A DNA stretch of 57,735 nucleotides, counting the filler, from Ionaspis alba (lineage: Eukaryota), in assembly GCA_964255285.1 (NCBI GenBank). It is 4 parts of 4 records of this genome, joined end to end, with 100 filler letters (N's around TTAATTAATTAA, not from the genome) between each part and the next. Parts side by side here need not be neighbours in the genome. Positions count along the whole stretch, not along the records: positions 1 to 14,397 come from CAXUUL010000422.1; 3 more parts are not named here. One strand, 5' to 3'. Position numbers and translations under genes: made by a program. The notes under the pieces are model-generated. The model was given only the letters and a program-made list of their open reading frames with translations, had not been told where the DNA came from and made no database searches. Positions 1-12,100 of the stretch are shown one piece after another. Every line of letters begins with the position of its first letter. Position 1 is the stretch's first letter.

Positions 1-527
1 ACCAGCGACTTCCGGCTCACGCTCAGATTCGCCGTTCACCTTCTCCACCAGTCGAGCTGGTCTCGATCTCCAATCTCGACTCCCAATTTTGACAACCGCA
101 GTCCTAGATCAAAGATTTACAGAGTACGAATCGACTACGAAACGTTCCTGCAGCTACTAGAGTGCTAGAAACATTCCAATCATCGAAGTCACCTCCGCCG
201 ATGGTGATGCTGAGATGCGGAACTGTTTTCGAGTGTTTACCCAATCACAACGTGTGAGGATCTGATTATTCCAAGGGACAACAATAGTGTTGACATGGTC
301 GGCTTCCACCGTGATTATCACCTTGTTGACTGTGAGGAGGAATACATGGTCTCATACATGCAAAGAGATGACTTCAATACTATTCTTTGCTTAAACAGTT
401 TCAGCTGTCGATGATTTTCATGGTGATCCAGTATTTGATAGATAACACGACTCTGGCATGCATTGAATGGACCGTGATCCCAAGATGTGGACGGACCTAT
501 GCTATTCTTCAATGCGCAACTCAATCT

Positions 528-3500
528 TTACATAAGACTACTCCGCCCCCCAATCTCAACGCCGCCCTGCCCACTAGGCATCTCGCCATTCCTCCCAACC
601 ACGAACTCCTTATAAATGTGCTCCAATTTCCTTCTCTCCTCCCGACTAATCGAACTCCTTGTCGTAGCCAGAGAAGCCTCAATATGCTTCCACCTGATAA
701 TAACTTCTACCTCCTTACCCCCAGCTGGCTCCTTCTTGTCCTTGTGGACTGCGTTGTCTTCTCTCCCACCACGTTTAATAGCACGCGCCCTGCGTCTTTC
801 CGCTCTCGCAGCCTCCAACTTTGCGAACAAAGCTGCCCTCTCAGCAACATCTCCAGATCGATTGGCACCTGATGCAGAGCGTGCAGCAGCTTCAGCCCGA
901 TCTTCATCCTCGCCGAAGCGAAACTGGATAAGTTCTCTCGGTCTCGGTGCTGACACGGTATTGTGCCTAGTCTGATATCTGTTCTCGTCTACAGCGCCCG
1001 CGCTGCCCTTGCCATCGCCCAGCACGTCATGAATTGCTTCCAGATGGGCATTGTAAACCACAGCCTGGAGATCAGCACCAGAGTAGCCCTCTGTGCGACG
1101 AGCAATCTCCGAAAGATCGTGGCTTGAGCCAGCTGAAGTAAGCAAGGCCGGATCGAGGTGGAGTTTCGTGCTCAGTGCGCGGAGAATATCCAGGCGGTCG
1201 TCTTTGGTCGGCAAGTCGCAGATAAGTGATTTATCTAGACGGCCTGGACGCAGAAGAGCGGGATCGATGAGGTCGGGCCGAGATGTTGCTGCAAGGACGT
1301 AGACGCCCGACAGCCCTTCAGCACCGTCCATTTGCGTAAGTAGCTGGTTGACCACGCGGTCCGTCACCCCTGTCGAGTCGTGACCGCGCTTGGGAGCAAT
1401 GCTGTCGAACTCGTCAAAGAACAGCACACAAGGTCGAGCGGCCTCCGCACGCTCGAAAAGATCACGAACGCTCTTTTCGCTGGCGCCGATGTATTTGTTC
1501 AGGATCTCAGGACCTTTGACGCTGATGAAGTTGAGACCACACTCGCCGGCTACGGCACTGGCGAGGAGAGTCTTGCCGCAGCCGGGATAGCCGTAGAGGA
1601 GGAGGCCGGAGCGGAGGCGCAGAGGACATTGAGCGAAGATGGGAGCGTAGGTGGTGGGGTATTGGAGGGTTTCGAGCAGGATGCGACGGGTGGAGTGGAG
1701 GCCACCGATGGAGGCGAAGGTGGTGGTTGAGGATTGGAGGGTCACGTTGCGGAGGGAGGCCGGGGTGAAGCCTTTAAGGGCTTGTTGGAAATCGAGTTTG
1801 TTGAGATCGACCATGGGCTGGGTGCGGGATGTTTGGGATTCGTTGACGGTTCGGATTAAAGCTTCGCTTCTGGCCCGGGAGAGTAGGAGCACGAGGTCGC
1901 CGGGCATATAGCCATCGGTCTGCCCCGCAATGTCTAAGAGGTCGAGATCGCGGCTTAGGGCAAACCCTGCATTGCTGTGGGACGAGTTTGGCCGACTGGC
2001 AGCGTCCATCCAGTCCCCGTTAGTGATAATCTGAGCATGTCCACTGATACCATTCGTCAAAGTCTGGGCATCTTTTCGCAGGCTGCTGAGGGAAGCAAGG
2101 ATCTGCCTTCTTGAATCTTTGTCAGGAGCCTTGAGGTCAACGATTTCTCGCACAACATGGCCGCCGACGATTATGGAGTTCAATGCTTCCTTGTTCTGTA
2201 CTGTGGCAAGGAGCACAACACCCGAGTCTAGTCCGCAGTATTGTCGTGCAACTTTAGCAACAAGCTCACTCAGCTGACGACTTCGACCATTCTCACCACC
2301 AACTTGTAGCTCTGTTTCTGCAGGACACAGTTTGTCTAGGTCGTCGAGAATAACTAATGCACTGCCTCCCATGCGAGCTCCCCATGATGCAGTCATAAAA
2401 AGACGATTAAGTGTGTCTTTGATGGTAGTGATGCGGATTTCATCAGTGACGAATTTTCGGCAGGAGAAATAAGATGTATGACAAAAATTATTTTTGCGTA
2501 GAATGTGGCAAAGCAGATGTGTAAGGCACGTTTTGCCAGATCCTAGGCCGCCTGTCAAGAGGACTGAAGACATGTTTCTTAAATGAGAGGTAAGCTGAGA
2601 CACGAGTTTGTCAATTCCCACCATGGACGGCGCTCGATCGGGCAGAACATCAGTCTCTACTGCTGTAGCCTTTCGAAGTTCAAAGGGGTTTGGGATCTCG
2701 GATTGGACCTCAATACTCAAGGACCTCTCGTCGCCGATCAACCAACGGGGACTCTGGTTGTCGCTCGCACCAGGAGATGCTGATGGTTCAAAGCGGACAA
2801 TGCACCCGTTCCAAGAGTCCGAGGTTTCTTCACTAGGAATTTTCGCGAGGACGAGACCATCAGTCAATGGTCCATTCAGTATGCCTAGTGCGCCGTCTTT
2901 CTGACCAAAAAGTCCCATGATCTTGCTTGCAGCAGCCTCACGACTTGCTTTTGTCTCTCCTCCAAATCTGAGCCCCTCGGATTGGCGAGAGCTTGATACA
3001 GCGAATGGAAAGACTTTTAAGACTTTGAGGGAGCTTGTTGGTGTTTGCGGTGGGGCGGCTTCAATACGGACGACACCACCCACCATGTCAACGGCTCCGA
3101 GTCCTGCACATAATGAGGAGCTTAGTACGGCATGTCGATCATCCGGAGCATTATCCCAGAGCCCAATCCTCGCGATAATCTTTGTTGCGTGTTTCCCGAC
3201 TTCGCCACTTTCTTGGTCTCGGATTCTCTGCTGCTGTTGTGGATCAAGGGGTGCCTGTAGACAAGCTGGTTGAAACATAAAAACGCAAGCCCATTCAATG
3301 CCACGCAGATTCTTGCTCGCAAGTGCCTCTCGATTTACCCACACCTTCAGGCCGTCGTCAATTGAATCCTGTTCTTCGGTTGGGAACCACTCATCACAGA
3401 TCCGGCGACTAAGGCCACGAAGGAAGATCGGTCGACGAGCTGGTTCATCATCTCGAAGACTTCGCTGACGACCAACGCTCTTGCCACCAGTACTTTTTTG

Positions 3501-4282
3501 GCCAGTGCTTGCAATGCTTCGATTATCCGTACGACCATTTCGCGATGGACGTGGCCGAACTTTTGGTGCAACAATGACTTCAGCATCTGGAGCAAGCTTT
3601 GCAAATGGCACGGACGATGCTAAAGGTGGTAAAAGAGAGCTGATAATAATGTTTGCAGTAGAGGTAGGAGATAAATGCAAAGTCAAAGGATGTGTTTGTC
3701 GTGCCTGAGCAGATGCTGATCCAGTAAATGAAGGATTTGGTAGTGCTCTTATCTGAGAAAGAAGGTTCAATTCCAGGAAGGTCGCATGTAATTCTATGAT
3801 CTCCCAGTCACCCGGCGTCAGGGGTTCGATATTGACTGTATGGGCAAGGGGAGGATCAAGGTGCAGCAACACTCCAAGCCTTTGACCTGGAGACAAGCCA
3901 ATCATGCGTCCGAATGTGGCGTCCAGCTCTACGACGCCGGCCTCTTGATCTCTGGTTGGCCCGGACCTGTTACCACCTTTACCGATAGAAGATTGAGGCT
4001 TTTTCTGACTGGGCATGCCGCTCCATCCCACATAAATTGATTGTTGAAGATTCGCAGCGGCTGCTCTCTTGACAGTGGGACTCGGCAGATACTGAAGTTC
4101 AACCACGACGTTTTGAGCAGCCTATATCATGTAAATTCAAGTCCATAACAAGCCAATACAAAAGAACTCACTGTATTTGCATTTACCAAAACTGTGACCA
4201 TAGATTGTGGAAGATTGACCAAGCAATTTCTCAGCTGGACCAATCCGACTTCTGCTGGAGTGGCCGTTTGTTTTGGCGTCAT
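528..4282 (-). CDS. PEX1: Peroxisomal biogenesis AAA ATPase Pex1 (2 exons, intron 4122-4171)
   Basis: Exon 1 read by hand: MTPKQTATPAEVGLVQLRNCLVNLPQSMVTVLVNANT, then a GTGAGT..TAG intron, joining AAQNVVVELQY of the 1192-aa ORF. Pex1 N-domain (EPLTPGDWEIIELHA) and two AAA modules (GGLGSGKT; GYPGCGKT, FFDEFD, DPALLRPGRLD). Confidence 0.96.
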
Positions 4283-4434
4283 GATTGTGGAAACAGAACG
4301 ATACACTCATTTTCGAAATCTCGAATGAAACAAGGCTCAGTCCATGAACCTTCATCTGTAAAGGACAGATTGCTCGAGATCTACACCCTATGAGTTGGTG
4401 TCTGCTCACCATAGGCATATGCTTCTCGACTTTG

Positions 4435-4440
4435 CCGAGG
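4435..4440. promoter_or_regulatory. Candidate FarA/FarB (Ctf1)-type CCGAGG site upstream of PEX1
   Basis: CCGAGG about 150 nt upstream of the PEX1 ATG; this is the known core motif of fatty-acid/peroxisome regulons in Aspergillus. A hexamer alone is weak evidence. Confidence 0.35.
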
Positions 4441-4913
4441 TAAGGGGCCCAGGACGCTACCAAAATGCCAAGGATATCTTTTGTCTGACTTCGTCCTTTC
4501 GCGCTCTCCGGAACCTATACTCGAGCCAATATCATCCTCTATTTCAGAGACCGCGTTTACGATGTCACCTGTACTTCGCGTCTCGGACAGCGCCTGTTGA
4601 AAAGCTTCGATTGAACTTTCGATTGAAGACCACAAAGGAGACCAGTATTTTTAGCTCATTCGCAGCGCTCATGCTAGATTCATTGTCTCCACCGTCGCAG
4701 CAGAATTCCCTTTGTTATGAAGGCCCATTGTCTTAGTTGTCTTATTGTGTAACCATCAAAGGCCATATAAAAAATACCATTGTCGTTGCAAACATATAAG
4801 AAATCTCAAATTCCCTAGCGATGTGGATATATAACTACCGATTTTCACTTCACCAGCGAGTCTTCAGCATCAGCTCTTGGACGCTAAGCTAAACATAAAA
4901 CAACTATCCAAAT

Positions 4914-5072
4914 ATGGCTCCTCATTCTTGGATCTGTTGTTGGTGCGAGCAACATAACTTTCCGGGGGTGATATATTGTACCCGGTGCCGACACTCCCCA
5001 AAAAACTGTTCACGATGCTGGTTTTGGGGAATAGGAAAGCTAGGCTGGATTCGGGGTTGGAAAAAGAGTTGA
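4914..5072 (+). CDS. Small Cys-rich putative zinc-ribbon protein (52 aa)
   Basis: Hand translation MAPHSWICCWCEQHNFPGVIYCTRCRHSPKNCSRCWFWGIGKLGWIRGWKKS*; W-x-CC-x-C..N..CxxC-x-H..CxxC pattern; A at -3 of the ATG; TATA-like TATAAAA/TATAAG about 120-150 nt upstream. Confidence 0.6.
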   Translation: MAPHSWICCWCEQHNFPGVIYCTRCRHSPKNCSRCWFWGIGKLGWIRGWKKS

Positions 5073-5430
5073 ATTGGTGTAGCTTGGGTGGCTCTAGCTC
5101 CTGCAACACTCTTTAAATATAGAGGAGGTGATCTTAGGCATAGGTTCAATCTTGGAGATTTGCACATACAAAAACCGTTACCAACAAATGAATGTGACAG
5201 ATATCATGACTTTGACTGATGGAATACCTTGTGGCTCAATCATAATGAATAATAGGGTATGGGAGACTATTGATCAGCGAAGCCACGAGAGTCTGCTTGC
5301 TATCTAGCAACATCCGGCGGCCCTTGCATAACCCACCTCGGCGAGGATGCCATCTTCATCCCGGTCACCGACCAAAAGCCATTCTATTTTTATTCTTCAG
5401 AAAACTCCACCCAGCCAATGCATTGGACCA

Positions 5431-6440
5431 TCAAATTATCTTCTCTGCCTCCTCGACCAACTTCTCAACCCTGAAACCCTGATCCCCTTGACTAAATTGC
5501 TCCAACAACCTCTTCCTCTCCCCAAACTCCCCCCCATAAAATTTCTGCAAGCACATAACCAACCACCTGCCCTCCTCAACACTAACGCCTCTCCCTTCAA
5601 CCACATTCCCCTGCAACAGCACAACGCCCTTGTCTTGCGCCAAATCCAAATGATGCGTAATCGTCGTATGCGGCTGACTAAACTCTCCTCTCAGTTTATA
5701 TTCCGCCAGGTGCGTGAACAGCACCGTCGTAGTCGTGGATGTGGGAAACGTCCATTGCAGGAAGTGGATTTCTGCGCCAGCGTTCTCTCGCGGAAGGGGG
5801 AGGATGAATTGGGGGTGCCGCCGTGCAGTGGCTTCGATGTTGGTGTATACTGTGGAGGGGATGGTCGCGCACAGGGATTGCGGACTATTGGCATGGCGGA
5901 GCCGCCAGATGTATTCGATTTCTTTTGCGGGGAGGGCGAGGGTTTTGGGAATGTCGATGTAGGAGGAGAGCGTCTTGATGCCAGGGGGTGTGGCGAGCTT
6001 CGAGTCTGGTGATGGAGGGGGCGTGATCGGATGTTCTGTTGGTATCCGCGGAGCTGGTGGTGGAGGTGGAAAAGGGGATGTTGATGATGGCTGGGCTGGA
6101 GATGGTATTGGTAGAGGAGTGGAGGCTACCTTCCTCAGATCTTGGATCTTGGCTTTATAGACCTCTTTCAACTCGTTGATATCTTTGACACCGGCTCTGT
6201 ACTCCTATCAGACTTATGTGTAGAAAGAAGGAATTCCTGTCGGTGATCACCACTTGATGCATACTCTTTTGCTTTTTTATCTAGTTTCTCTTTGTACTTT
6301 TCAATGACTCTATCCGATTCTCGATGGGTCGCCAGAAAACGGACATCGTGAACTTGCGCCCATCTTCGCTGCGACCCGCGCAGATAGGGAGCGCTTTCTC
6401 CAATAATATGACGGAGGGCGGGCGCTCGAATCACTGCCAT
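5431..6440 (-). CDS. ATP11: Mitochondrial F1 ATP synthase assembly factor Atp11 (2 exons, intron ~6197-6264)
   Basis: Presequence-like N-terminus (MAVIRAPALR..QRRWAQVHDVRFLATH); ATP11 motifs IKTLSSYID, HPQFILPLPR, EIHFLQW, VLFTHLAEYKLRGEFSQPH. Confidence 0.93.
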
Positions 6441-6500
6441 AGAGGATGGTATGAAGGAGATTTGGTTGTTTTTGCAGGGATGAAAGCAATGGATATTTGA

Positions 6501-6506
6501 CCTCGG
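6501..6506. promoter_or_regulatory. Candidate FarA/FarB-type CCTCGG site in the ATP11 / CoA-ligase divergent promoter
   Basis: CCTCGG about 220 nt upstream of the ATG of a PTS1-bearing acyl-CoA ligase. Confidence 0.35.
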
Positions 6507-6728
6507 CAACATCGGCATTGTCCTACAACGGCCTTGAATATTCCGTCTTCTTCCCCACACTACGTAATTTACTTCTAGATAAGAAGCAATGGCGGGAAGG
6601 AATGTGTTCTTTGAGATCCATTGGAACACCTCTCCTTTACTTGTATATAGGCATTGTGAAACATTCTTACTTGATACCATTGGTTGCTAACTCTTGCATT
6701 TTCTGCGGTTGACAATTTTCAGATCATC

Positions 6729-8497
6729 ATGCCTACTGAATCTGCCTACCCCAGCTTCGACCTACCGAGCGTTGACATCTGGGGACTTCTTTTTGAGCGT
6801 AAAGACCGCCCATATCCAGACGATAAAGGTTTTCCACACTCGAAAAACTTTATAGTGAAGCCATTAGACTGATTCGATCTCCAGTAATCTACCGCGACGC
6901 CGAAACCCTTCGCTCCTACACCTACGAGCAAGTAAAATCTACTGCTACTGCATTCGGGAAGGGCCTGAAATCAACCTGGGAATGGAAGAAAGGCGATGTT
7001 CTTGGCTTCTTCTCACCAAATTGCGTGGATTACCCAGCTGCGATATGGGGGTGTATGTGGGCGGGCGGGATCGTTTCTCCTGCGAATCCTGGGTACACTG
7101 TCCATGAGTTAGCGTTCCAATTGAGAGACTCAGGAGCCAAAGCACTGTGTACACAGAAAGCATTTTTAAAGGTTGCAGTGGAGGCGGCGAAGCAGGTAGG
7201 GATACCGGAGAACAGGATTATCTTGATAGGGGATGAAAGGGATGAGAACGCAAGGTTCAAGCACTTTACGTCCGTGATAAATACTGCTGGGACGTCGAGA
7301 TATCGAAGGACGAAGGCGGACCCGAAGAAGGATCTTGCATTTCTGGTGTACTCTTCTGGAACAACTGGACATCCCAAAGGCGTCATGTTGAGCCACGAGA
7401 ATATCGTTTCAAACATCTTGATGATTAGTGCGGGAGAAGGTCGCAATCTGTCTTGGAAGGGTGGTTCTGAAGACAAGGGCGACAATATCTTAACCTTCCT
7501 CCCCTTCTTTCATATCTATGGTAGTGCCTCTGCGACCAGTCATTAAGCTCAGGCTTATCATCTTACAGGTCTTACATGTTGCGTTCACCAAGCCTTCTAC
7601 AGCGGTTGGACCCTCACAATCATGGCTAAATTCGACATCGAAAGATTCTGCGCCCATATCCAAGACCACAAGATAACCTTCGCCTACGTCGTCCCACCTG
7701 TCGTCCTTCTGCTAGGCAAGCATCCTGTCGTAGAAAAGTACGACCTTAGCACGCTAAGGATGCTCAATTCTGGCGCTGCACCACTGACCCGCGAGCTCGT
7801 TGATGCCACCTATGCTCGCCTGAAAGTCCCCATAAAGCAGGGTTATGGGCTCAGCGAGACAAGTCCAACGACTCACACCCAACCTTGGGAGTTATGGCAT
7901 TCTACCATCGGTGCTGTTGGTCGTCTTCTTCCGAACATGACAGCCAAGTACATGTCCGCGGAAGAAGAAGAGTTACCGGCTGGTGAGACAGGCGAGCTGT
8001 GGATAAAAGGCCCTAACATCTTCAAAGGCTATTTGAACAACCCCGAAGGCACGAAAAACGCCCTGACGGACGACGGGTATTTCAAGACCGGAGACGTAGG
8101 GCACCAAGACAAGGATGGCAACTTCTACATCACGGATCGTGTCAAGGAGCTCATCAAATACAAAGGCTTTCAGGTACCTCCAGCTGAGCTAGAAGGCCTT
8201 CTGATAAGCCATCCTATGATCGATGATGTAGCGGTCATAGGTGTATACGACGAGGCACAAGCGACGGAAGTGCCAAGAGCGTACGTTCTGCCGGCGAAGG
8301 GAGTCGAGGCAGGTAAGAAGACGGAGGACCATATCGTGGATTGGTTGCGAACAAAGGTTGCGAATCATAAGCGTTTGAGAGGTGGAGTGCGATTTGTAAA
8401 TGAGGTGCCGAAGAGTGCAAGTGGGAAGATATTGCGGCGGATACTGAAGCTGAAGGCAGAGGAGGAAGCGAAGAAAGGTGGAAAGGCAAAGCTTTGA
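6729..8497 (+). CDS. Peroxisomal 4-coumarate/phenylacetate-CoA ligase-like AMP-binding enzyme (3 exons; introns 6829-6884, 7521-7568)
   Basis: ANL motifs YSSGTTGHPKGV, QGYGLSET, FKTGD, DRVKELIKYKGFQVPPAELE, PKSASGKILRR; C-terminal -AKL is a PTS1 signal. Confidence 0.92.
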
Positions 8498-9162
8498 TTG
8501 CGATATAATTGTGATGCAACAGCCACAATTTGAGAACCGGCCCATAGAGCCCGTTGACATTCTGCTGAATAGAATGTGAGCCTTTTAACGATTCCCACCG
8601 ATCAGGCTTCTCGTGCTTATAATATACCACACCAGGCTGGTTCAGAGCCACGAGTTCGTAAATGAATTGGCTGCCCTTGTCACAGCAGCTCTTTGAATCC
8701 AGGTCTCATAAGCCATCTCAAAGAGCTCGCCAAATTCCTCCCCCAAGGATATAGCTCCGCTTCATCCCTAGTCAAAATACCACGTCTCCGGCGAATCGGC
8801 TCTCTTAACTGCAAAGCTGTAAGTATGTACGGCGTAAATGAAGAGCGTATGGCCCGTTCCAAGTGGCTGAAGTAGGCCACGAGACCACTTACCTAGCGAT
8901 TCTCCGAGAAAGGAAGATACCCATCGTCCGACCAGAGGATTTTCACAATTCTTATCATAGCTAGCTCAATCATCTGTTGCACCGCTAGTAGCGGAAGTGG
9001 AGCACTTGGGACAACTGTTCCAACATTCGTGCTGCCATGTTATGGCTTCGCCATCGGCCAGTAAAGCTTGATAATATGGTGCTGACAGCCGACGGTCCTG
9101 GTCTGCTTTGACTTCTTGAATTATCTTCTGGGCCGAAACTGGCGATACTGGTTTCAAGGATA

Positions 9163-12100
9163 TCAACGACGGTACGTTGTGCGGTCTATACGGATTGCTG
9201 GCACCAGGTCTTCAGATGCGGAAGGAGTTGAGTCCTTCCTCGAGTCTCTTTTCCGCCGAAGTCGATTTCGCATAATGGAGGACGTCGTGGGATTTAGATG
9301 AGTCAAGGAGATTGGAAGTCGAGGCGATCGCTCTGAAATGACAATAGGCCGTCGTCTTTCTGCCGTCTCGTCATCTAGACGAGCTCGTGTCGTTGCGATC
9401 TCAGCTAGGCGCTCTTGTCGCTCCCGGCCCTGAAGCCTCCTCACCTCTGATAGCTCAATGTCGCGTGGACGGAGATACTCCGCGTTCCGCTCTACTCGGA
9501 AGGGACTATTACGCAGAGATTGCGGGATTTTACCGCGTGACTGAGGTAGCGAGGTGGTGGAGTTTGCTTTACTTGAAGCAGACACTGACGTAGAGGATAG
9601 TACGGTGGGGCGGTCCGTACTGGAAGGACCAAGTGGCGATGGGCCAACTGGTGAGTGAATGACTGGGATAACTGGCTGTGGTATAAGACCGGGTGGGGCT
9701 TCCTGTAGATTGCCAGGATCTGGCTTGCCTTCCGACATTTCTGGGACCGAACTCTGCAATATGAGGCTTCGCTCTCGTTCGCTTGATGTCGATACAGGTT
9801 CGACTACTTGGGTTGGACCAGCCTTCATTTTCGATTCTTGGGAGAGGTAGGACCGGGATTTCGTAGCGAGCTTATGAGCAATGAGCTTCTCCGCCAGTCC
9901 TTCTAAGGACCGCTGAACATCCGGTTGCCTCAGATACTTGGTAGTTGCTTTTCTTATCCGCAACATCGTATCTTGCGAGGAACTGCTTCCTACCCTCTTC
10001 AAATCGTAGGAAACAATGTCCTCCAGACCAGATTGTACACTAAGACGGAGGTAAGATGAGCCCGGCTGAGACGAGTACTTTGCCTGAGCAATCTTGTGTA
10101 CTTGCTCACTATTGAAGAGCTCTTTCTCCGTTTTGTTCAGACCTTTCAAATATCCGGGGAGAATCTTAAGAGTCGAATTAACCTTCCTGTCCACGCCTGA
10201 CTGACTGTAATGTTGGCGAATCTTGTTCAGCGCTGCTTCATCCTTGATGTTTACACCAGCTCCGATGCTGACGACAAGACCAGCTGGATGCTTAGACATG
10301 GTCGCTGCTTCTCTTATGGCGAGCAACGTGGGATTGAAACCGGCCAAATCTCCCGAGACCAACCGTGTGCCTCGTATCTTCACAGAATCAAAATAATACG
10401 GGGTTGCTGTCGTTGCGCGAGCGACCTCCCCAATACTAGCATCGTCCACAACCGTTGACGGACCCCGCTTTCTGTCACTATTCTTGATTTGATAAGTCCG
10501 AAATGGATGATTTACCAGGCGTTCTGCATCGACCCGACATGCCATGACAAGACTGTAAAAATTCAGTTCCAATCCTTCAAGAAAGTGATCAGATACATTA
10601 CTTACGTTTTACAGCCGTCAACGGCATCAGCACGAAACCTAACATTATACTCGGCCATCACTTCATTGATTGCGGTCTCGAATCTATGATGGCTGTACTT
10701 CGCTCGTTGAACGACGCTGGAGCGAAAAGACATAGCTCGAGGTTTCTGGAAGACCTCGAGTGCGAGTCTTTCAAATTGAGCAATGCAGGAGTCAATTCCC
10801 ATGCCGAGGCGACCAAGCATGATAGCTATAAGGCTGCAAAATACGTTAATGGACTGTCAATCAGACGAAGGGAGGTGAGATTACCCTCCGGTCCCAGTTC
10901 CAGCTATGATGTCGAAATAAGTACAAGGGCGTTGTTGTGCCGTCGTCCAGTCAGAAGCAATTTGACTTGAATTCGGGTCTGCGCTTCCATCTAGTGTTGA
11001 ACGATGAATGACACGCATCAAGTGCTTGAGGATAAGTAATGACGAGAAGCTACGGATCCCGCCGCCGTCTGCGTGGTTTTTAGCAATGTAGAGCATTTGA
11101 GATGGAAGAGAGTACAGACCAAGGGACAGTAGACATGGGCCTGTTGACGTAACTCCCGCGCTGTACGGAGGACGAAAGAGACGGGGCAACGAAGGAGCGG
11201 GAGGTGGCAATGCGAATAGTTGCGGTCGGTCTGAAGATGGAGAGCCGGGCGTTTGTGTGACTTCCTGGATAGGAGGTTCGTCTGCCGTACCTCTCTCAAC
11301 GGTTACCTCTTGTTTCTCCTTACCGAGTAGGACCTCCGATGCTGGCTGTTTTGAGGACAGATCTTCCACCGACGTACGCGGCGTACCCTTGCTTGCATCT
11401 TTCGCGGTGAAGGACTTACCTGATACTATCTTTGATGGCTCCGTTTCGTTCACCGGTTGAGGAATATTGAATTTACCGGGGACGATTCCTTGCTCAGTTG
11501 CGTCCGCCAATTGAGGAATATTGAATCTGCCAGGAACAACTTCTGGCTCAAGCTGGTTTGCCTTTTTTCCACGCCACAAGTCTAATGTTGTCTCTAGTGT
11601 ATCGGTGACAGGAGTAGCCTCAACACGCGTCAACGCGATCTGTTGGCGTAGACCACTGAAAGGGCCCTTCTGGAATAATGCTGCTCGCTCCATCTGAATG
11701 CTTTCGGTCAGATCGATCAAAAGGCTTATCAGGTCAGCCAAGGCAGCATTCTGCTTTTGGGCCCTCGAGCACGCCTGGTCGAAACTTGAAGTCCATTGTG
11801 CAAGGCTCCTAGGGAAGAAATGATCAGTAGACAGTCCGAAGACAATTGACAACCACCTAGCATTTTTACCGTTTGCTCATCTTTTGAATACTTGCTCGTG
11901 TTAAAGTGTCCATTGACTCCAAGGTTTCACCGAATCCTTGAAGTCGTGCCTCCAGGTCGTCCAAGATGCTTTTCAAGTGCTCATGCAGGATATTATCGCT
12001 GCTATTATAGGCCAACAGGTCCTCAAAGACACCATCTTCCTTGCCGATATCAGAGGTCCATATCTCCAGCCGGAACAGTTGATCATCTAGACCTCGCGCT

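Noticed and set aside
1..300. Possible 3' tail of an upstream + strand gene
   Set aside because: All three frames contain stops and no motif is recognisable; cannot be supported without upstream sequence.
387..4040. Antisense and alternative-frame ORFs over PEX1 (likewise over ATP11, ATG11, the WSC gene, FAS1 and FAS2)
   Set aside because: Shadow ORFs of long, codon-biased genes with no independent motifs.
4381..5167. Minus-strand ORFs 4381-4635, 4870-5109 and 4922-5167
   Set aside because: No recognisable domains; the latter two overlap the better-supported Cys-rich ORF on the + strand.
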